Source: a virus
Lineage: Duplodnaviria > Caudoviricetes
Length of the DNA: 41,278 nucleotides
Reading direction: 5' to 3' (one strand)
Virus record (IMG/VR): IMGVR_UViG_3300028587_000013
Coordinates: 1 to 41,278 of that record
Position numbers and translations under genes: made by a program. Every line of letters begins with the position of its first letter. Positions within the stretch are counted from its first letter, which is position 1. The notes beneath the pieces were generated by a model. That model was not told the origin of the DNA and did no database searches. It worked only from the letters and a program-made list of their open reading frames with translations. Shown one piece after another: positions 35,919 to 41,278 of the stretch.

Positions 35919-36067
35919 TTGGTCGACTTCTTGCTGGGGGCGTCCTCGAACGCGATCGCGACGAAGAACGGCTCCACCGCGTTGGGGTGGCCGACCGGGA
36001 GCAGCGTGTCCTTGGCGATGAACTGGTCACCGAACCAGACAGGCTCGACGCACTTCATCATCTGCAT
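35915..36067 (-). CDS. 50-aa protein, paralogue 2 (not in ORF track)
   Basis: MQMMKCVEPVWFGDQFIAKDTLLPVGHP...; GAGGAGG RBS. Confidence 0.7.
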   Translation of the reverse strand: MQMMKCVEPVWFGDQFIAKDTLLPVGHPNAVEPFFVAIAFEDAPSKKSTK

Positions 36068-36077
36068 GGGTGCCTCC

Positions 36078-36233
36078 TCAGGCGGTGTTCAGGACGACGA
36101 CGTCCTCGAAGAACTGTTGGTGGGTGGCCGGGGTGTAGAGGGCGTTCAGCGAGCCGACGATGGTGCCCACCGGGACGAACGTGTCGCCGTTGAAGTGGGC
36201 CTGCTTGCAGCGCTTCACGGTCGTGTCAGCCAT
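36078..36233 (-). CDS. 51-aa protein, paralogue 1 (not in ORF track)
   Basis: MADTTVKRCKQAHFNGDTFVPVGTIV...; AGGAGG RBS. Confidence 0.7.
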   Translation of the reverse strand: MADTTVKRCKQAHFNGDTFVPVGTIVGSLNALYTPATHQQFFEDVVVLNTA

Positions 36234-36237
36234 AGGT

Positions 36238-36816
36238 TCAACCTCCTGGGATGCGGCGGAGCCAACCGCCGGGATGCTGGGTGGGGGATGGGTCGGGGTC
36301 CGGGCGGAACTCGGGATGGTCGGGCAGCCACCGGGCCAATGCCAGGTGCGGGCCGTTGGTCTCCATGCCGGCGAGGTCGGCCATGATCGTGTCCTCCACG
36401 ATCAGGTAGTCGGCCATCGGCGCGTACACGTCGAGCTCGGCGGCGACCTGATGCTGGTCATGGTCGCCGTCGAGCAGGATGAGCCCGCGTTCGCCGCGGG
36501 TCAGCCCTTCGACCCGGTCGATGGTGGCCGGATGGGTGGAGCTGGCCTCAATGCAGAGCAGGTTCTCGTGATCGACGGTCGCCGGCTTCGGGTCGATCGA
36601 GATGACGAGCCCGCCGTGCATGTGGTCGGCGAGGAACAGGGCGGTGCCGCCGTGGGCCCGGCCGACCTCGATCACGAACGGGGGTAGCAGCTCGCTCATC
36701 ACCGCGGCGTAGTGGGTCATATCCGCCGCGAACTGCTGGCAGATCACCCCGCGGTAGGACGGCCAGCGGCGACCCGGCTCGGTCCAGGCGGCGGTGTTCA
36801 ACGTCAGCCGCGCCAT
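36238..36816 (-). CDS. CmcI-family (rhamnosyl-type) O-methyltransferase
   Basis: IEVG.AHGGTA.FLAD, ISID, LDGDH...V.AEL..YAP...YLIVEDT. Confidence 0.88.
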   Translation of the reverse strand: MARLTLNTAAWTEPGRRWPSYRGVICQQFAADMTHYAAVMSELLPPFVIEVGRAHGGTALFLADHMHGGLVISIDPKPATVDHENLLCIEASSTHPATIDRVEGLTRGERGLILLDGDHDQHQVAAELDVYAPMADYLIVEDTIMADLAGMETNGPHLALARWLPDHPEFRPDPDPSPTQHPGGWLRRIPGG

Positions 36817-36850
36817 GCGCCCACCGCCTCCAGCAGCTCTTCCAGGCGCG

Positions 36851-36921
36851 AAACGCGAAAGCCCAGGTGGCGATGCTTACGCGTCAAACGCGTAAGCATC
36901 GTGACCTGGGGAAACGCGAAA
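36851..36921 (+). repeat. 71-bp palindrome/direct-repeat element, copy 2
   Basis: AAACGCGAAA-GCCCAGGT-N35 (CGATGCTTACGCGT-CAA-ACGCGTAAGCATCG)-ACCTGGGG-AAACGCGAAA. Confidence 0.8.
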
Positions 36922-36934
36922 CGGGCTCTTCCGG

Positions 36935-38503
36935 TCATTCGGACCACCCGCACACCTGCTCGTAGGCGTCGCGCCAGCGCTGCCAGTTCGCCTGGATCGT
37001 CCACCCGGCCGCCACCTTCCGCCCCGCCTCGCCCATCTCCTTGCGCAGCACGTCATCGTGGACGAGGTCGTTGAGACGGGCAGACCACTCGGCCTCATTG
37101 CGCACGAGGAACCCGGTGACACCGTCGACGACAAGGTCCCGGTAGGACGGCTGATCGGCAGCAACGACAGGGATGCCCAACGCCATCGCCTCCAATGCCT
37201 TCAGATGCGACTTGCACCGGTTGAACGGCGTGTCCTCCAACGGGCACAGCGCGATGTCGAAGTCGATCGCCTGGAAGTAGTCCCACACGTCGTGCTGCCA
37301 CGGCGTATACCGGCACGGGCGGCGCAGCAGCGGCGCGTACGTGATCCCCACGAAGTGCATATCGACGTCGGGGTTAGCGGCGAGAATGTCGGCGAGCGGA
37401 TCGGCGGCAGTCACCCAGTCAGCCAGATGCGACATTCCGCCCGCCCACCCGATCGTCAACCGCTCCCGGCGGCGGCGCTCCAACGTGAGGAGGTCACCGT
37501 GGATGCAGTTCGGGATCACCGCGACGTTCGGGTTGTAGTGGCGCATCACCTCGGCCAGCGGTTCGGTGGACACGGTGACCATGTCGGCCATCGCGACGCA
37601 CTGGCGGGCCGTGGCCTGCACCTCGGGGGCGTGGAGATGAGCGAGACCTGACGACGGGTCCGGGTCAAAGATGTTGTCGTCGGTCTCGTAGACCAGCTTC
37701 GTCTTGCCTTCCCAGTGCTTCCACAGGTCTAAGCCGGGACCCATGAACCGCTGCCCGACGATGGCGTCGACCTGGGGGAGGTCATCGTCGTTGACGACTG
37801 GATGCTGGCCCTGTTGGGGGAGCATGACCCGATGCGGCGTCGCGCGGGCGAGCAGCTTGTACGGCAGGTAGAACCGGTAGTAGCCGGACCCGTCGGCGTC
37901 GTGCGGGTAGCCGAGGATCGACAGCGGCCGGTTCGGTGCCCGGTCCGGTTGGATGGCCGGGTCGAGCAGCGCCTTCTCGTCGGGCAGGTCCCAGCCGACC
38001 GGCTTGCGGGCCCGGGCGATGACACCAGGCGAGTCGGGGTCGGGGTCGTCGATGACGAGCTCGACGGTGAGGCCGAGCGCGGCGAGGATGCCGCGCATCT
38101 GCTCCTGGGTGTAGCGCCAGTAGTCGTCGGGGAACGCGTGGTAGGGGAACCCCGGCGAGCGTGTCGTGACGACGAGCAGGCCACCCTCAGCCAAGACGAA
38201 CGTCATGTTCGCGAGGACGCGCCGCCAGTTGGCGGCGTGCTCCAACATCTCGGTCGAGATGATCACGTCGAACGCCTGCTCACCGAACGTCGCCGCCAGC
38301 TCGCCAGCGTCGAGCACCCGGTCGACGCCTTTGCCTGGGCCGCCGTCGATGCCGAGGTACGACACGGGACCGTACGCCTCGATGATGGGGCGTACGGTCC
38401 CGTTGACGTCAGCGGAGCCGACCTCCAGGACGCGGCGGCCCTGCACGTCGCCGGCTGTGAGGAGGTCGACTCCGCGGAAGGTGTCGAGGATCGAGGGATG
38501 CAC
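36935..38503 (-). CDS. class I SAM methyltransferase - GT4 glycosyltransferase fusion
   Basis: VLEVGS..VNG, TEMLEH, H.FP.DYWR; GYYR, YETDD, VTVST..L, PN, KS.LK.LE..ALG.PVVA. Confidence 0.9.
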   Translation of the reverse strand: MHPSILDTFRGVDLLTAGDVQGRRVLEVGSADVNGTVRPIIEAYGPVSYLGIDGGPGKGVDRVLDAGELAATFGEQAFDVIISTEMLEHAANWRRVLANMTFVLAEGGLLVVTTRSPGFPYHAFPDDYWRYTQEQMRGILAALGLTVELVIDDPDPDSPGVIARARKPVGWDLPDEKALLDPAIQPDRAPNRPLSILGYPHDADGSGYYRFYLPYKLLARATPHRVMLPQQGQHPVVNDDDLPQVDAIVGQRFMGPGLDLWKHWEGKTKLVYETDDNIFDPDPSSGLAHLHAPEVQATARQCVAMADMVTVSTEPLAEVMRHYNPNVAVIPNCIHGDLLTLERRRRERLTIGWAGGMSHLADWVTAADPLADILAANPDVDMHFVGITYAPLLRRPCRYTPWQHDVWDYFQAIDFDIALCPLEDTPFNRCKSHLKALEAMALGIPVVAADQPSYRDLVVDGVTGFLVRNEAEWSARLNDLVHDDVLRKEMGEAGRKVAAGWTIQANWQRWRDAYEQVCGWSE

Positions 38504-38508
38504 GCGGG

Positions 38509-38844
38509 CTACTTCTTCTCGTCGCCCTTGTCAGCGAACTTCGACGGCGGAGGCTCGGCCTTCTGCTCGGCCTTGTGCTCGGCCTTGTGCTCGGCCTTCG
38601 CTTCGGCGGCTCGCTCATCGCTGGCAGCGACGGCGGCGGCGACATTGGGGTCATCCTTCGGGTCGGCGTAGCCCGGCTGATCCTCGGGCTTGGGCACGAC
38701 AGGCTCGGGCGGAGTGTCCTTCGGCGGCGCCTCCGTGTTGGTGTCGAGAGCAGGGTCGGCGTAGCCCGGCTGGTCTTCGGGCGCGGGCACTTCGACAGCG
38801 GTCGGATCGTCGGGCAGGTTGCGCGGGTCGCTGTACTGGCTCAT
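38509..38844 (-). CDS. disordered Pro/acidic protein
   Basis: Start MSQYS after AAGGA; duplicated PEDQPGYADP; KAEH repeats. Confidence 0.7.
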   Translation of the reverse strand: MSQYSDPRNLPDDPTAVEVPAPEDQPGYADPALDTNTEAPPKDTPPEPVVPKPEDQPGYADPKDDPNVAAAVAASDERAAEAKAEHKAEHKAEQKAEPPPSKFADKGDEKK

Positions 38845-38883
38845 GTGATGGCGGTTCCTTCGCTCTAGTTGGGGTGGTTTCGT

Positions 38884-38930
38884 TCGTGGCGGTGCGCCGG
38901 GAGGGGGAGCAACCCGGCGCACCGCCACGA
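38884..38930 (-). terminator. perfect 18-bp hairpin after the capsid gene
   Basis: TCGTGGCGGTGCGCCGGG-N11-CCCGGCGCACCGCCACGA. Confidence 0.7.
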
Positions 38931-38934
38931 CTGG

Positions 38935-40356
38935 TTACTGGATCTTGAGGACCCGGATCGCCGTGGACACAGCGACCTTTGAGGACACCCGCCAGAAGGC
39001 GTACCAGCCGGCTTCGCCGGTCGGCAGGTTCGCTGTCGCGGCAGCGGTGACCATCGGGTTGTAGATGATCGACATGCCGATCCGGTCGACGATGATGAAC
39101 TGCGACATGTCGCCGAACACCAGCACCGCCGAACCCGACGCCGTCGCTGTGGACATCGACGTCGACTCGTAGATCGGCTTGCCGAGCAGCCGCTCCGGCG
39201 TGTCCTCACCGAGATTCGCCCAGAACGACGAACCGCCGGCCGTGTCGAACTGCCGGGTCTTGTTGATGTAGTTCAGGGACGACAGCCACGCCGCGCTGCC
39301 CCGCCGCCAACGGGCGGGAAGGTTCTGCTGGGTGGCGTAGACATCGCCCACCGCGTAGGCGGTAGCCGCCGCGGTCTGTCCCGTCGTGCCGCCAGTGACG
39401 ACACCCTGAGGCAGAACGCCGGTACCGGCACCCGTCGCGAACGCCGACTCCTCGAGCCGGTCCTTCGCGTCGCCGAACAGGCTGGGGAGCTGCGCGCCGA
39501 GGTCGCTGTCTTCCAGCGATTCGTACGAGCCGAACACCCAGGCGAGCGCCCGCTGCGGGGTGATCTGGATCTGGCCGACGGTCGGGGACTGGTCGGTCGC
39601 CGCCCCGCCTTCCGAACCGAACGCAGCGTTCACACCGGCCGATGACACACCGTTCCACGTGGGGCCGGCGGTCTGCTCGACACGCGACACCTGCCGGTAC
39701 GGGTTCACGCTCCCCGAGTTCGACAAGATGATCGTCGGGTCGAGCACGAACGGCAGCATGTAGCCGAGGCTGGCAGTGCCGGTCGTGGTGGCCCGTTCGG
39801 CCATCGAGTTGCCCATCGGGTCGGCCAGGTAGGCGCGGAACCCCTCGTAGTATTCCATCGAGCCGGTCAGCAGAATGTGCCGGGCGGCTTCCTTCGACTT
39901 GTACGACTGATGCACCGTGCGGGTCGCGGCCTCGGCGGCGTCGTCGGGGAAGTCGCACCACTGGGCCCGCGCGATGAACTCGATCGCGTCGAGCGCACGC
40001 GATTCCATCTCCGCGCCGGGGAGGGTCCGCGTGCGGACGGCCTGCATGTTGTCGAACGGGTCGCGCTTGTTCCGGTAGGTCTGCGTGAACCCGGCGGGCC
40101 GGTACGGGTTGGCGGACTGCGGGACGCTGTCGCCATCCTCGGTCGACCCCTCGACGGTCGCGTTCGTCGAGATGAGGTTCAGCTTGACGGCGCGCTCCAT
40201 GAGCGGAACACGTCGCGCTTCGAGGGCGTCGTACTCGGCGAGCAGAGTGTCGACCAGATCGCCGTCGCGTTCGCTGTCGGCGTCGGGGTCAACCTCCATC
40301 CGCTTGAGTTCGGCCTTGATCACTCCCTGGCGGTCCAGGACTTCTTTGAGCTGCAT
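38935..40356 (-). CDS. HK97-fold major capsid protein
   Basis: N-terminal delta-like coil; GY..P..LDPTII, F.TG.G...P.G, LLGKPIYES, FGD. Confidence 0.93.
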   Translation of the reverse strand: MQLKEVLDRQGVIKAELKRMEVDPDADSERDGDLVDTLLAEYDALEARRVPLMERAVKLNLISTNATVEGSTEDGDSVPQSANPYRPAGFTQTYRNKRDPFDNMQAVRTRTLPGAEMESRALDAIEFIARAQWCDFPDDAAEAATRTVHQSYKSKEAARHILLTGSMEYYEGFRAYLADPMGNSMAERATTTGTASLGYMLPFVLDPTIILSNSGSVNPYRQVSRVEQTAGPTWNGVSSAGVNAAFGSEGGAATDQSPTVGQIQITPQRALAWVFGSYESLEDSDLGAQLPSLFGDAKDRLEESAFATGAGTGVLPQGVVTGGTTGQTAAATAYAVGDVYATQQNLPARWRRGSAAWLSSLNYINKTRQFDTAGGSSFWANLGEDTPERLLGKPIYESTSMSTATASGSAVLVFGDMSQFIIVDRIGMSIIYNPMVTAAATANLPTGEAGWYAFWRVSSKVAVSTAIRVLKIQ

Positions 40357-40397
40357 TGTGCCTCCGGGCAGCCGGAGGACGTTTCGACGTCCCCCGG

Positions 40398-41255
40398 TTA
40401 GAGACCGATCTGCCGCTTGTGCATCTCCCTCGCGATGCGAGTCGCGAGAGCTGCATGGCGGACAGCTCGGTCTTCGTCTGACCGGTCCGAGTGCCCTGTT
40501 TCGGGCGGGTCGCCGGGGGCGGGCTCCTCATCGGAGGAGGTGCCGATGTCACTGGACGAGTCATCCGTGTCGGGAGTGTCCAGCGAGGCTTGGTACGACC
40601 GGACGCCCATGACGGCGGTCGTGTCGTAAGCGGGGAACGGGGTGGGGCCGTACTCGCGCAGGCCCAACTCGAGGCGGCGTACCGTGATCAGCTTGCCGCC
40701 GGGGCCTGGCTTGTAGCCGAGCCGTCCAGGCTCCGGGTCGGAACGGATAACCCGGCCGGTGAACGAGTGGCCGGTGATCGCCCCCGAGTTGATCAGCTCC
40801 AGGAGCTCATCGCCGAGCGGCGTGGCGGCGTAGCGGGTGACGGTGATCAGCCCGGCCGGGTCGGTGCGGATCGACAGCGGCGTCCCGATCGGGCGGCTCC
40901 CCAAGTCTGACGGGGTGCCGTGAATGTTCATGCCGTGGTTGTAGAAGACGCCGACCTTCCACGTGGACCGGCGGCCCTGAGGGCGGAGCAGGTCCAGGGT
41001 GCGGTCGAACGCGGTGCGGCCGATCGTCTCGATGTAGCGGCCCTGGCCGTCCATGATCTGTGTCTCGACGTCGAACGGCGCGGTCAACGCCTCGACGGTG
41101 CGGCCGTCGCCGTAGGTGGCGTCCTGGGATCGGGTGAGGATGCGAATGTCCTCGACGGGGAAGGCTCGCACGTACTCGAACATCGACCGGGCGCTCGGGG
41201 CGGCAGGCTCGTCTGCCGTGTCTTCCTGGCCGACATCAGTCTCGATGTCGGTCAC
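40398..41255 (-). CDS. HK97-family prohead protease
   Basis: Y.E.I...AF..T, FYNHG, G.SF.G, L.EYGP..FPAY. Confidence 0.9.
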   Translation of the reverse strand: MTDIETDVGQEDTADEPAAPSARSMFEYVRAFPVEDIRILTRSQDATYGDGRTVEALTAPFDVETQIMDGQGRYIETIGRTAFDRTLDLLRPQGRRSTWKVGVFYNHGMNIHGTPSDLGSRPIGTPLSIRTDPAGLITVTRYAATPLGDELLELINSGAITGHSFTGRVIRSDPEPGRLGYKPGPGGKLITVRRLELGLREYGPTPFPAYDTTAVMGVRSYQASLDTPDTDDSSSDIGTSSDEEPAPGDPPETGHSDRSDEDRAVRHAALATRIAREMHKRQIGL

Positions 41256-41278
41256 TGCTTTGCCTCCTTGGCCATCGG

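Larger units (their letters stand above)
1..41278 (-). mobile_element. Partial genome of an HK97-type siphovirus/prophage (likely actinobacterial host)
   Basis: Co-oriented capsid, tail, lysis and replication modules; frequent ATGA/GTGA gene overlaps; high GC; actinobacterial-type MerR and LPXTG proteins. Confidence 0.95.

Noticed and set aside
188-40910. Many long plus-strand ORFs (e.g. 27256-28968, 22773-23909, 14599-15663, 20227-21102)
   Set aside because: Antisense shadows of coherent minus-strand genes in GC-rich DNA; no motifs or RBS support
41252-41278. 3' end of an upstream ORF (...PMAKEAKQ*), portal by position
   Set aside because: Only nine codons visible; cannot be identified
1-41278. 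tRNA or rRNA genes
   Set aside because: No cloverleaf with a T-loop consensus seen in the intergenic regions

Overview
About 41 kb of a high-GC, HK97-type siphovirus or prophage, probably from an actinobacterial host. Essentially all credible genes lie on the minus strand. In transcription order (right to left) the late arm encodes: prohead protease, major capsid, a methyltransferase-glycosyltransferase fusion plus a CmcI-like O-methyltransferase, head-tail and tail genes, tape measure, a GH25/amidase/collagen lysin, a candidate holin and a fibre-like module. A structured non-coding switch region follows at 18.7-19.05 kb. The early/replication arm encodes: MerR-like HTH, ERF recombinase, an initiator with internal iterons, a DnaB-like helicase, HNH, VRR-NUC, a DNA methyltransferase, a frameshifted SF2 helicase, DUF932 and many small accessory genes, including a histone H1-like protein and an LPXTG surface protein. 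No terminase, complete portal or integrase is in the window. The most unusual signals are non-coding. (1) Eight leader hairpins with variable stems but a conserved RNGG loop sit next to AG-rich ribosome-binding sites, three of them inside a longer two-state element. (2) A candidate sRNA displays an anti-RBS CUCCUCUC. (3) A 71-bp palindrome-plus-direct-repeat element occurs twice, 27 kb apart and inverted. (4) A GGGAAAA slippery site splits the helicase Walker A motif. Family calls come from motif recognition by eye; no searches were run.
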